From positions 5,559 to 69,558 of the forward strand of contig SLGY01000011.1 in assembly GCA_007136425.1 (NCBI GenBank): a stretch of 64,000 bases of DNA, read 5' to 3'. Below the pieces are notes generated by a model. That model saw only the letters and a program-made list of their open reading frames with translations, was not told where the DNA came from and ran no database searches. Origin of the DNA: Kiritimatiellia bacterium. GTDB taxonomy: Bacteria > Verrucomicrobiota > Kiritimatiellia > SLAD01. The position numbers and the translations under genes were made by a program. This document shows positions 45,795 to 55,116 of this stretch, one piece after another (the stretch's first letter is position 1; each line of letters begins with the position of its first letter).

Positions 45795-46900
45795 CGCAGG
45801 TGGCGTGTCCGAGCGCCGGAAACGACGCGGCTCGTTTGCGGAAGGCCGTGCGGAGACGGCTCTTGCCCTGGTTCGAACGGCATCAGCGGGTGCTGCCTTG
45901 GCGCACGAATCGCTCGGCCTACCGGGTGTGGATCGCGGAGCTCATGCTCCAGCAAACGCGCGTAGATCAGGCCGAGCCGTATTTTCGCCGTTTCATGAAA
46001 CAATTCCCGTCCCTCAAACGGCTCGCCGCCGCTTCGGAGCAGGAGGTCCTGAAGTGCTGGGAAGGCTTGGGGTATTACGCCCGAGCCCGCAATCTGCATC
46101 GCACGGCGCGTCGGATCATTAAAGAACGGCACGGACGATTTCCGCGTGACTATGAGACACTCAAGACATTGCCCGGGATTGGCCCCTATACGGCCGCCGC
46201 CATTGCGAGTCTGGCCTTCAACCGGGACCATGCCGTTCTTGACGGAAATGTCATCCGCGTTCTGAGCCGGGTTACGGCTCATGAAGGAGATATCCATCGT
46301 ACGGAAACCCGGCGCGCCCTGCAGGCGTGGGCCGATGCGTTGCTCATTCCCGGACGTGCCGCACCATTCAACGAGGCCATGATGGAGCTGGGAGCCATCA
46401 TTTGTACGCCGCGCAAACCGAAATGCGAACGCTGTCCACTTGCGGGTGTATGCGCCGCACGCCGCAAGGGGGAACCCGAAAAGTATCCGCGTCGTCGGCC
46501 GCGCGGCGCCGTACCGCACAAGGAGGTCGGGGCCGCCGTCGTGCGGAACCGGAAAGGCGAAGTCTTGATCGCTCAGCGCCGCGCTCAATCCATGCTGGGC
46601 GGCCTCTGGGAGTTTCCCGGCGGCACCCGGGAACCGGGCGAGACCATGCCCCAATGTGTCGCGCGGGAGTTGCAAGAGGAAATGGGCATTGATATTCGGG
46701 TCGGCGAACGATTAATGGTCGTGCGACACGCATACAGCCATTTCACCATTGCTCTGCACGTTTACCGGGCGACGCTCAGGAAAGGCCGGCCGCGCGCCAT
46801 TCAGTGCGCCGATTTCCGGTGGACGCCGATATCCGAACTGCGTTCGTTCCCGTTTTCGCGGGCCGACTTGCACGTCGTCGAGCGTCTGCAGGCGGAATAG
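45791..46900 (+). CDS. mutY: A/G-specific adenine glycosylase with a C-terminal Nudix domain
   Basis: LPWR, ELMLQQTRV, WEGLGYYARARN, LPGIGPYTA, DGNVIRV, CTPRKPKCERCPLAGVC. Confidence 0.95.
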   Translation: MTQVACPSAGNDAARLRKAVRRRLLPWFERHQRVLPWRTNRSAYRVWIAELMLQQTRVDQAEPYFRRFMKQFPSLKRLAAASEQEVLKCWEGLGYYARARNLHRTARRIIKERHGRFPRDYETLKTLPGIGPYTAAAIASLAFNRDHAVLDGNVIRVLSRVTAHEGDIHRTETRRALQAWADALLIPGRAAPFNEAMMELGAIICTPRKPKCERCPLAGVCAARRKGEPEKYPRRRPRGAVPHKEVGAAVVRNRKGEVLIAQRRAQSMLGGLWEFPGGTREPGETMPQCVARELQEEMGIDIRVGERLMVVRHAYSHFTIALHVYRATLRKGRPRAIQCADFRWTPISELRSFPFSRADLHVVERLQAE

Positions 46901-46985
46901 CATATCCATGTTCAGCGGGCTGCTAAATGGTTTAACCTCTCTGATTGAAATTGCGGGGGGATCATGATTAAATGCGCTTGGCTAT

Positions 46986-47279
46986 ATGGAAATGGCGGAC
47001 AAACAACAGCGCGTAACGCTTGTTTTCGAGGGCCGCGTGCAGGGCGTCGGATTCCGGTTCACGGCGGTGGACATCGCGGCCCGGCACCGGATAACCGGCT
47101 ATGTGCGAAACGAATGGGATGGAACAGTATCGGTTGTGGCCGAAGGGCGAACATCGGCGATTGAAGCGTTTATCGCAGCGATATATCGGTCGCATCTGGG
47201 GATGGGCATTCACAACGAACAACGTAATTGGACGGAAGCCACCGGCGAATTCGAGCGCTTCGAAATTCGCTACGGATGA
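46986..47279 (+). CDS. acyP: Acylphosphatase
   Basis: GRVQGVGFRF, GYVRNEWDGTV. Confidence 0.92.
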   Translation: MEMADKQQRVTLVFEGRVQGVGFRFTAVDIAARHRITGYVRNEWDGTVSVVAEGRTSAIEAFIAAIYRSHLGMGIHNEQRNWTEATGEFERFEIRYG

Positions 47280-47291
47280 CGGGATTTCTTA

Positions 47292-48014
47292 ATGAAGTAT
47301 GCCATTCTAGGGGATATTCACGCGAATCTGGAGGCGTTAAATGCGGTGCTCTCGGATGCGAAAAAGCGCGGGGTCACGCATTACGTCTGCCTCGGAGACG
47401 TGGTGGGGTACAATGCCGATCCTGTAGCGTGCCTGGAACGGATCCAGGAACTCAATTGCCCCATTGTGCGCGGGAACCATGACCATTATTGCGGCATAAA
47501 CGACAATCTGAACGGATTCCACCCCATCGCGGCCGATGTGGTTAAATGGACGCGCGAACAGTTATCCGACGAGCAACGTCAGTACCTGCGCGGCCTCGAG
47601 TATGTATCCCGCGTGGAAACATTCACAATCGTACATAGCACACTGGATACCCCGGAGATGTGGGGGTACGTTTTCGACAAGCTCGAAGCCGACGCCAGTT
47701 TTGCGTATCAATCCACGGGATTATGTTTCTATGGGCATACGCATGTGCCGTTGGCTTTCGAAAAGACGGACCGAGTCCGTGTGGGCATCTATTCAAAGAT
47801 CAAGATCATGCTGGGCCGTAAATACTTCATCAACGCCGGAAGCGTAGGTCAGCCGCGTGACGGCGATCCCCGGGCCGCATATGTTACGTTTGACATGTTG
47901 AAGAATGAAATAGAGTTGCATCGCGTGGCGTACGATTTCCGCATTACGCAGAAGAAGATTGCCGATGCCGGCCTGCCGGAGCGTGTGGCGTCCCGCCTGG
48001 CGGTGGGCCGCTGA
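47292..48014 (+). CDS. Calcineurin-like metallophosphoesterase
   Basis: GDIHAN, LGDVVGY, GNHD, GHTH, NAGSVGQPRD. Confidence 0.92.
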   Translation: MKYAILGDIHANLEALNAVLSDAKKRGVTHYVCLGDVVGYNADPVACLERIQELNCPIVRGNHDHYCGINDNLNGFHPIAADVVKWTREQLSDEQRQYLRGLEYVSRVETFTIVHSTLDTPEMWGYVFDKLEADASFAYQSTGLCFYGHTHVPLAFEKTDRVRVGIYSKIKIMLGRKYFINAGSVGQPRDGDPRAAYVTFDMLKNEIELHRVAYDFRITQKKIADAGLPERVASRLAVGR

Positions 48015-48043
48015 CCGATCATCTCCTTATCTGAGCACAAATC

Positions 48044-48847
48044 ATGAAATATCTCATCCTTTCCTTCATAACGGCACTGGCATTGATCAGACCGGTTGCG
48101 GCGCAGATACAGGTTTCCTGTCGTGTTGAACCGCAGCGCGCTGTTTTGCATGAGCCGGTCATTGCCACCGTACGGGTATCGAACAATACCGGCCAGACCA
48201 TTACGTTGCGCGACGACAGGCCCGGAGCGCGGCTGTGGCTGAGCATTGAACAGTCGCCCGGTCGCCCGATTCGACAAACGGCGCCCTTTCTACTGGGGGA
48301 ACCGATGGTGATCCCCGCGCATCAGTCCGTAACGCGCCGGATCAATATTACGCAGTCCTATGATTTGCGTCAGACGGGGCCTTATACCGTTCGGGCGCGT
48401 GTGGACTGGGCGGGAGAAACCTTCATGTCCGGCAACATATATCTTGATGTGGTGCCGGGCCTGGAAATCGATCGGTTAACCGGCGCGGCGGCGGAGGACG
48501 GGTCCGGACGTCGCCTGTACCGGCTTCTCACGTTGAATCGGGAACGCGGAGAACATCTCTTTCTCCGAATCGACGATCAGGAACAGGGGCTTTGTTACGG
48601 CGTTATTCATCTCGGGCGCAGCCTGCGCTCGCAAGGCATCACCATGCAACTGGACGCGTCCAACCGTATCAATGTCCTGCACCAATCCGGTCCGGGCCGC
48701 TACCTTCACCACGTCGTCTCCCCGAACGGGAATGTGGTAACACGGCGCGCGTATACCAGCGATGAACCCGGGGTTTCCTTATCCCGCGGCCGTGACGGGC
48801 GCATGATCGTAGACGGCGCCACCACCAGCCTCCAGGACGATCCATAA
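48044..48847 (+). CDS. Hypothetical exported protein
   Basis: Signal peptide ending VAA-Q; beta-rich composition; co-oriented with the upstream operon. Confidence 0.75.
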   Translation: MKYLILSFITALALIRPVAAQIQVSCRVEPQRAVLHEPVIATVRVSNNTGQTITLRDDRPGARLWLSIEQSPGRPIRQTAPFLLGEPMVIPAHQSVTRRINITQSYDLRQTGPYTVRARVDWAGETFMSGNIYLDVVPGLEIDRLTGAAAEDGSGRRLYRLLTLNRERGEHLFLRIDDQEQGLCYGVIHLGRSLRSQGITMQLDASNRINVLHQSGPGRYLHHVVSPNGNVVTRRAYTSDEPGVSLSRGRDGRMIVDGATTSLQDDP

Positions 48848-48968
48848 GCGGCTGATTCGGACATGCGCGGGCAGATCCCCCAGCGACGATTCTTCGCCGC
48901 TGCTCTTTGATCCCGACAATTGACGTCGTTGCCTGACGATGTTACATATGGCGCTGCACCGTCGGTAA

Positions 48969-49055
48969 GCACCCGTGGTGGAACTGGCAGACACGCAAGA
49001 TTCAGGTTCTTGTGGCCGCAAGGCCGTGGAGGTTCGAATCCTCTCGGGTGCACCA
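48969..49055 (+). tRNA. tRNA-Leu (CAG)
   Basis: GCACCCG/CGGGTGC acceptor stem + ACCA; anticodon arm CAAGA-TTCAGGT-TCTTG; long variable arm GGCCGCAAGGCC; GGTTCGAATCC T-arm. Confidence 0.97.
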
Positions 49056-49157
49056 GCTTCGTTTGACGCGACGCGACGAACGGAACCTGTCGCGTTGAAC
49101 AGCCAAATTCCCCCGGAACACTCGGTTCGGTATCGTTCAGAAGAATGAGAATATATG

Positions 49158-49192
49158 TTGACGGTAACTATAAATACATTATAGTTACCGTC
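49158..49192 (+). promoter_or_regulatory. Sigma70-like promoter overlapped by a perfect 14-bp inverted repeat (putative AbiEi operator)
   Basis: TTGACG (49158)-16 bp-TATAGT (49180); GACGGTAACTATAA-ataca-TTATAGTTACCGTC; ATG at 49194. Confidence 0.75.
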
Positions 49193-49193
49193 C

Positions 49194-49787
49194 ATGAATG
49201 CCAATGATGTCGATTTGCTCCGAAAACTGGCGGAAGAGTTAGATGGCGTGTTGACCCTGTCCGATGTGCGGGTGTTGTTTGCGCGGTACAGCGATGCGGC
49301 GGTGTTCAAGAAGCTGGAGGCGCTGGTGCGCGATGGCGTACTCGTCAAGGTGAAACGTGGCGTCTATGTCTTGCCCTCCGCTTCCTTGGCCGCGATCAGC
49401 CAGCGGCTGGCCCGGCAGTCGTATATCTCCACCGGTACCGTGCTGGCCAAGGCGCTGGTCATCGGTTCCATACCCGCACGTCGTGTTCAGGCGGTCAAGG
49501 TGGGTCGGCCAAGAATCTATCGCTGCGCCATCGGTGTTGTGGAACATCTGAGTGTAAAAAAAGAGCTGTTTTTCGGTTACGAGGTTCGTGACGGCATCCT
49601 CTATGCCACGCCGGAAAAGGCCTTTCTGGACGTCTGCTATTTTCTTTCCAAAGGCCGACGGTTCTCATTCGATCCGGTGAGCGACGTGAATCTGGACCTT
49701 TTGAACCCGGCGCGCATCCGTGAATATCTCTCGGCGTATGATCAACGGTTCGTCTCATTTTTCCAGTCACGATGGAGCTTGCCATGA
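49194..49787 (+). CDS. Type IV TA antitoxin, AbiEi family (second copy)
   Basis: LVRDGVLVKVKRGVY, SYISTGTVL, YATPEKAFLD. Confidence 0.85.
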   Translation: MNANDVDLLRKLAEELDGVLTLSDVRVLFARYSDAAVFKKLEALVRDGVLVKVKRGVYVLPSASLAAISQRLARQSYISTGTVLAKALVIGSIPARRVQAVKVGRPRIYRCAIGVVEHLSVKKELFFGYEVRDGILYATPEKAFLDVCYFLSKGRRFSFDPVSDVNLDLLNPARIREYLSAYDQRFVSFFQSRWSLP

Positions 49788-50518
49788 ATGCTACCGAAGC
49801 CTTGTTGGTCGAAGTGATGGATGTGATTGCGGAGCGATTCGATAAGCACGCGGTGCTGCGCGGCGGCATGGTCTTACGGGTGTTGGGCTGCGAACGACTG
49901 ACGAACGATGTGGATTATGTCTTTGTTCCTTTTGCCTCCAAGAAGGATATTGCGGATGAGGTCTTGTCCGCGCTTCATCGTATCGAGGGCGCCAACATAT
50001 CCCATAGTTTCAATTCCAAGTGTCTTCGCATAGCATTGTCGCGAAATGAAGTAGCGGTACAGGTTGAGATCAAGACAGCGAGTGATATTAAGACGAGCTT
50101 GGTATCCAATCGTTATCTGGCTCAATCCTATGGCCGGCCGCCCAGGATCATTCGCGTGCTGGATTATCCGGTGGCGCTGGCGGAAAAGATGGCGGCGTGG
50201 AACGAGCGACGCCTGATAAGGGATCTATACGATATCTGGTTCTACCTACGCATGGGCATACGTCCTGATGTGCCCACGTTGGAGAAACGACTGGCCAAGC
50301 CCGACTACTCGAGACGGGTCAAGAAATCGGCATACTTCAGGGGAAAGACGCCGGAAGACTTCTATTCATTTTTGAGGGAAGCCGCGCAGGCGGTTACTGA
50401 TCGGTCCATTGAAGTTGAACTGAGCGATTACCTGCCCGCAGAGGAAATCGTCGGATTGGCCATGCGTTTCCGGGCTGAATTGGTGAAGCTGTCGAGGGTC
50501 GAGGGGGCTATGAATTGA
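49784..50518 (+). CDS. Type IV TA toxin, AbiEii nucleotidyltransferase (second copy)
   Basis: LRGGMVL..ERLTNDVDY, AEKMAAW..RRLIRDLYDI; ATGA overlap. Confidence 0.85.
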   Translation: MNATEALLVEVMDVIAERFDKHAVLRGGMVLRVLGCERLTNDVDYVFVPFASKKDIADEVLSALHRIEGANISHSFNSKCLRIALSRNEVAVQVEIKTASDIKTSLVSNRYLAQSYGRPPRIIRVLDYPVALAEKMAAWNERRLIRDLYDIWFYLRMGIRPDVPTLEKRLAKPDYSRRVKKSAYFRGKTPEDFYSFLREAAQAVTDRSIEVELSDYLPAEEIVGLAMRFRAELVKLSRVEGAMN

Positions 50519-50611
50519 ACAGGGCAAGGGCTTTGTCCAGATGGGCCAAGCCTGTTTCGGCCCATCGTTTGGTTCGGTTTACCCGCGGGCGATTGAGATC
50601 GGCTGCAACGA

Positions 50612-50747
50612 CTAGCAGCCCGTTGAAAAACTCATGGCCACATAGTCCACGCCCTCACGGGCGCGGCTACATTGCAGTTTTCTTCGTAGCCGCCGCCGTG
50701 AGGCGGTGGATGGCACGTCCAACAAACGTGTTTCAACGGGCTGCTAG
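50612..50747. mobile_element. MITE-like element: 17-bp terminal inverted repeats enclosing an inverted REP-like doublet
   Basis: CTAGCAGCCCGTTGAAA ... TTTCAACGGGCTGCTAG; internal TCCACGCCCTCACGGGCGCGGCTAC / GTAGCCGCCGCCGTGAGGCGGTGGA. Confidence 0.75.
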
Positions 50748-50836
50748 GCAGCGTGTGTAGGGATGGCTGATCAAGAGTCTTGCAGTGAATGCGGGGCGGT
50801 GTTAGCGTCGTTTACGGATTCAGAAAGGGACGGATT

Positions 50837-51631
50837 ATGAAAATGCGTAAACTGTGCAGTTTTTTGGCCTTGGTCGGGCTGGTGCTTGGCATGGCTGGCA
50901 CGACCTCGGCGATGTCGCCGCCGCCTCCCGCGAAGACATTGTTGGTCGTTCCGGAGCGAATCAATACGGTCCAAGTCGGCTTCGATATGGTCAATAAGCG
51001 GCCGGTAGCGTTGGTTTCCTATCGGGGCGACGGCACGCGACAGCCGCTGACACTTCATGCATGGACCGACAATCAATGGCGGCCCTTGGCCTTGGAAGAT
51101 TATGAGGGGGGATATTTCCTGATTCGTCCCCCGGCCCGGATCGTGCTGGTCGGAGACGAGCGCCTGCTGCCGGATCCATTGATTAATGCGTCCGATTGGG
51201 GGCCCCTGTTGATGAGCATTGATACCACGGAGACCGACGAGTTGTTGAACTCGCTCGGCCGGTTATTCGAATTCAATCGCTCCGAATGGCGTTGGTTCGC
51301 GAGCCGTTACAACATGGATATCGAAGATGTGACGCCCGAACAGGAACAAATCTCATGGTATGACCAGATGACGCGCGCCCGCCAAACGGCGCCGCGCCGG
51401 ACGATCGATGACCCGCCCGTCACACCGATTGTTCCGGTGCCCGAACCGGCGGAGCCCTTGGAGCCGGAACCCGTTCCGGCGCCCGAACCTGAACCGGCGC
51501 CGACCGTGGAGGACGGGGTCCCCGTTCGGGAAGCCGTGGAGTGGACGGACGACGAGGACGTCATGCCGGACGAAGAGGATACGGATCACGAAGAGCCGCC
51601 CGCGGATGATGAAATGCAGTATATCAAGTAA
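50837..51631 (+). CDS. Hypothetical exported protein with a Pro/Glu/Asp-rich tail
   Basis: Signal peptide, globular N-domain, PEP repeats and acidic C-terminus. Confidence 0.75.
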   Translation: MKMRKLCSFLALVGLVLGMAGTTSAMSPPPPAKTLLVVPERINTVQVGFDMVNKRPVALVSYRGDGTRQPLTLHAWTDNQWRPLALEDYEGGYFLIRPPARIVLVGDERLLPDPLINASDWGPLLMSIDTTETDELLNSLGRLFEFNRSEWRWFASRYNMDIEDVTPEQEQISWYDQMTRARQTAPRRTIDDPPVTPIVPVPEPAEPLEPEPVPAPEPEPAPTVEDGVPVREAVEWTDDEDVMPDEEDTDHEEPPADDEMQYIK

Positions 51632-51983
51632 ATGCGCGGGATTACACAGCGCCCGCGCGCTGTCCGTGCCCGTTTTGGTTGTTACGCTGCTACTGGTCGG
51701 TTGTGCGACGCCCGCCGGAGATCCCGTTCGGGCGGGCGATGAAGGAAGACACGCGCCGCTGATTGTAGCCCGGTCGGGCGATACCGCCACATTGAGCTGG
51801 CAATCGGAAGCGGGCGAGTTGTATACGGTTATCTATGCCGATGGTCGGCGTACGGGTGTGGAATGGAGACCGTTGGAAGGCGCCGAACGCATTCGCGGCG
51901 ACGGCGGCGAGATTCGGCTTCGCGATCAAATGCCGCCCGGCATGATTCGCTATTATCGGCTGATGGTCGTGACGCCGGACTAA
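51609..51983 (+). CDS. Small hypothetical lipoprotein
   Basis: Lipobox LLVGC; short beta domain (ATLSWQS...YTVIY...W...RYYRL); start uncertain. Confidence 0.6.
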   Translation: MKCSISSKCAGLHSARALSVPVLVVTLLLVGCATPAGDPVRAGDEGRHAPLIVARSGDTATLSWQSEAGELYTVIYADGRRTGVEWRPLEGAERIRGDGGEIRLRDQMPPGMIRYYRLMVVTPD

Positions 51984-52646
51984 TCAGCTGTCCACCATTT
52001 CGATCAGTTCGTCGAGGGCGTGAATGATCGCGTCCGCGCCCGCGGCCCGAAGCCGGTCGGCGGGATACAACTCGGAGACCATCCCCACGGTGTGTGTGCC
52101 CGCGCGCTTGCCTGCCTCTATGTCGGCGGGTATGTCGCCGACCATGATTGCGTGCGCTGGTTCAGTCTGTAAAGCGTCCAAGGCCTTCAAAACGGGTTCA
52201 GGGTGCGGTTTGGCGTTGTCAACGTCCTGCAGGCCGATCACTACATCGAATTGGTCGAGGACCTGCAAGGCGCCGAGAATAATCTGGGCCCCGTCGGACA
52301 TGCGCGACGTGGCAATGCCGAGTTTGGTGTTCGGATGAAAGTGCGCCAGCATGGCTTTGAGTCCCGGCATGGGCCGCGAAAGCGCCGCGGCCATAGGCCG
52401 GAAGGATTCCCGATAATAGTCGATGAGCTGCTCGATCTCGTCCGGGCCGATGGACGGAACGACGGCGGGAAACATCTCGCGCAGCGGCTTTCCGATGAGT
52501 TTACGGATCTCAACTTCCTCCACGGGTTCCGCTCCGAAACGTTCGAGCGCCGCGTTGAACGAGCGGCAGATCGGTATGGACGCGTCGATCAACGTGCCGT
52601 CAAAATCGAAGATGAGCGCACGAATATCGTGAAACACAGGCGTCAT
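51984..52646 (-). CDS. HAD-family phosphatase (Gph/PpaX-like)
   Basis: FDFDGTLID, IATS, KPHPEP, MVGDIPADI. Confidence 0.92.
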   Translation of the reverse strand: MTPVFHDIRALIFDFDGTLIDASIPICRSFNAALERFGAEPVEEVEIRKLIGKPLREMFPAVVPSIGPDEIEQLIDYYRESFRPMAAALSRPMPGLKAMLAHFHPNTKLGIATSRMSDGAQIILGALQVLDQFDVVIGLQDVDNAKPHPEPVLKALDALQTEPAHAIMVGDIPADIEAGKRAGTHTVGMVSELYPADRLRAAGADAIIHALDELIEMVDS

Positions 52647-53641
52647 TCGTCGTACTCGTAAGATGGCAGCAACGGGGCGTCGGCGGGGACCATGTCGCGG
52701 GCGCTGAATACTGCAAGTACGGGACGATGCGCGGAAGCGCGAGACCCTTTCGGATGCCGGATCACGGCCGATTTGTCCGGGATGAATTCAGGGACCATGT
52801 ACGGGCTGGCGAGAGTATAGTCGTACCGATGATAGAGTTCGGCCTCTTCCTCGTAGTAAGTCCATAATTCCCCGTAACGGTCGACCGGACGCAAGTCCTT
52901 CAGATATTCCTGCTCGGCGCCCATGATGGTGCGCAGCGGCGCGGCGCGGACATGGTCGTTCATGTCGCCGACGACAAGGAGGTTCAGGCGGTGCTCCCGG
53001 CTCAGTGAGCGGCGGACGTGGTTATTCAGTAAACGCGCCTCGTTGCGGCGCATTTCCGTGTGGCCCCGCGGATCATAGGCCTTGGACTTCAAGTGGGCGA
53101 CGAATAGACGGAACCAATAAGCCGGGCCGACGGATATATCGGCTTCGATGAAGCCGCGACGGACGGGAAGCTGTTCGTCGCCAATGCTGAAAGTGTCGTC
53201 GGTATGGAGTTGATGAGAAATGATCGGATACCGGCTTAACAGCGCGATATTATTCTCCGATCGGTTGCGTTGCAAAAGCAGGTGAAAAGGGTAATCCAGT
53301 CCGGCATCAGCAAGTTCCGCGCGGAAGGCGTCGAAAACGTCCGGGCCGCCCATTTCCTGCAAGGCGAGGACGTCGGGTCGATTGTCCAGAATGACGGCCC
53401 GCACGGCGGCGCGTTCCTCTTCCGGCTTGGGGTTGTCGGCCTGCCCGTCGCCCGTGCGATCGCGGTACCCGTAGGCGCCGACATTGTAGGTCATTACGGA
53501 GAACTCATCGGCATCCTGCCGGACGGAGGCGGGCGCATCTTCGGGTACGGTCCGGTCGCACGCAGTCATGAAGGCCATAAGGACCAGTGCCGCGAACGCC
53601 AAACGCCACCCCGCATGGTATGAAACCAGGCGCAACCTCAT
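52643..53641 (-). CDS. Endonuclease/exonuclease/phosphatase (EEP) family lipoprotein
   Basis: Lipobox MTAC, MTYNV, DVLALQE, AHLKS, VGDMND, YDY, SAHRPV. Confidence 0.85.
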   Translation of the reverse strand: MRLRLVSYHAGWRLAFAALVLMAFMTACDRTVPEDAPASVRQDADEFSVMTYNVGAYGYRDRTGDGQADNPKPEEERAAVRAVILDNRPDVLALQEMGGPDVFDAFRAELADAGLDYPFHLLLQRNRSENNIALLSRYPIISHQLHTDDTFSIGDEQLPVRRGFIEADISVGPAYWFRLFVAHLKSKAYDPRGHTEMRRNEARLLNNHVRRSLSREHRLNLLVVGDMNDHVRAAPLRTIMGAEQEYLKDLRPVDRYGELWTYYEEEAELYHRYDYTLASPYMVPEFIPDKSAVIRHPKGSRASAHRPVLAVFSARDMVPADAPLLPSYEYDE

Positions 53642-53648
53642 GATGGTC

Positions 53649-55022
53649 TCAGGAATAGTTCTTTTCTATCTTCTCGGATACGTCGCGATAACCAATGTCG
53701 ACGGAATAGATTTCCTTGAAGTATTTGGCCGCTTTCTCCTTGTCGCCCATGGCTTCGCAGATGACGCCAAGTTCGTAGAGCGTATCCTTCTTGGCCGCGT
53801 CCATGGTGGGCATTTCCGATGCCGCCTTTTCGAGCTGTTCGAGGGCGATATCGTATTGTTGCTTCTGTTTGAAGCACAGGGCCATGTAATACAAGGAACG
53901 CGTCCGGCGCTGCGGGTTGCGCTGTGACTGCTGGAATTGCTGGATCGCGTCGTTCAATTGATCGTTTTCGTAGAGCAGCACGCCGAGCTCATAACGGAAT
54001 TGCAGGTCGTTCGGATACCGTTTGACGCGGTCTGCGGCGTCCTGCAGTTCGAAGGTGTCGCGTTCTTTCTGCTTGGCTTCCGCGCCTTCGGTGTCGCCGG
54101 CTTTCTTGAGCGCCGCGATTTCCATATCGAACTGTTTCAGTTTGACGTTGGACATGGCGCGATCCAGCTGGGGATCGGCGCCGCCGCTGATCTCCTGCGC
54201 TTCCTGCAAGGTCTGCAAAGCCTCATCCATGCGTTCGGCCCGCACATACAGGTCTGCGAGGGCGCGCCGATAATTGATGTTTTGCGGTTCCTTCTCAATC
54301 TTGGTCAAGCTATCCTGGATGAGCGAGTCGATATCCTTGGAGGTCTTGACCGCCTTGGCTTCCTGTTCGAGACGGGTGGCTTCATCGGCGTCCTTCATGA
54401 CATCGCGATAGGAGCCGGCTCCGCTCCAGCCGCCTTTGCTCATGGTGTCCAACGCGCTGGCGTCCTTGAAAGCTTTGACGATTTTCGGGTCGTTCGGTTT
54501 GAGTGCGAGAAGCACTTCGTAAACATCGCGACCCTTGTCGGTCATGTTGTTGTCGAGATACAACTGGCCGAGGCGCTTGAGGATATCTGCGTCTTTCGGG
54601 TAAAATTCGCGGGCGACTTCCAGCATGAGTATGGCCACTTCCGGCAATTCGGATGCGAGGGCGGCCTGTACATGCACTTTGATGAACATCTTGTTCAACG
54701 GATCGATACGAAGCAATTTCTCCGTGGCCTTGAGCGCCTTCATCGGATCTTTCTTCAATGCGGCGTTGGCGGAGAGCAAGCCGCCGAGCCCGCTGATGGT
54801 GGAGAGCACGTGAGTGATCTGACCGCCTTTCTTCTCCTTGAATTCCTTGACTTGGGCGGCACGCAGGAAGCGGCGCGCCTTGAGCAGGCGCGGTTCCAGA
54901 TCGAGCAAACTCATGAACGTGTCCATGGCGTAATTCGTGTTGCCGCGTTCCATTGCGGCCAACCCTTTTTCGTACATGTCACGCACTTTGCGGGGTGCTT
55001 CTTCGAGTGTCACTTCTGCCAT
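53649..55022 (-). CDS. Tetratricopeptide-repeat protein
   Basis: Repeated TPR-like helices (LGQLYLD, LADLYVR, YELGVLLYE, YELGVICE); C-terminal DIGYRDVSEKI. Confidence 0.85.
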   Translation of the reverse strand: MAEVTLEEAPRKVRDMYEKGLAAMERGNTNYAMDTFMSLLDLEPRLLKARRFLRAAQVKEFKEKKGGQITHVLSTISGLGGLLSANAALKKDPMKALKATEKLLRIDPLNKMFIKVHVQAALASELPEVAILMLEVAREFYPKDADILKRLGQLYLDNNMTDKGRDVYEVLLALKPNDPKIVKAFKDASALDTMSKGGWSGAGSYRDVMKDADEATRLEQEAKAVKTSKDIDSLIQDSLTKIEKEPQNINYRRALADLYVRAERMDEALQTLQEAQEISGGADPQLDRAMSNVKLKQFDMEIAALKKAGDTEGAEAKQKERDTFELQDAADRVKRYPNDLQFRYELGVLLYENDQLNDAIQQFQQSQRNPQRRTRSLYYMALCFKQKQQYDIALEQLEKAASEMPTMDAAKKDTLYELGVICEAMGDKEKAAKYFKEIYSVDIGYRDVSEKIEKNYS

Positions 55023-55116
55023 GAAACTTCTCCTTCCGTTGTCTGGACGCACATGATATGAAATCGTGCGCGACGGCGCAACTGCTTAGTTTTTTGATCG
55101 CGTCGCGGTTTTGACC

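Noticed and set aside
48969..50800. Prophage or integrative element at tRNA-Leu
   Set aside because: No integrase and no duplicated tRNA 3' end (att site) found by eye.
51430..51505. CCGGAACC-like repeats
   Set aside because: Codon repeats of a Pro-Glu linker inside a CDS.
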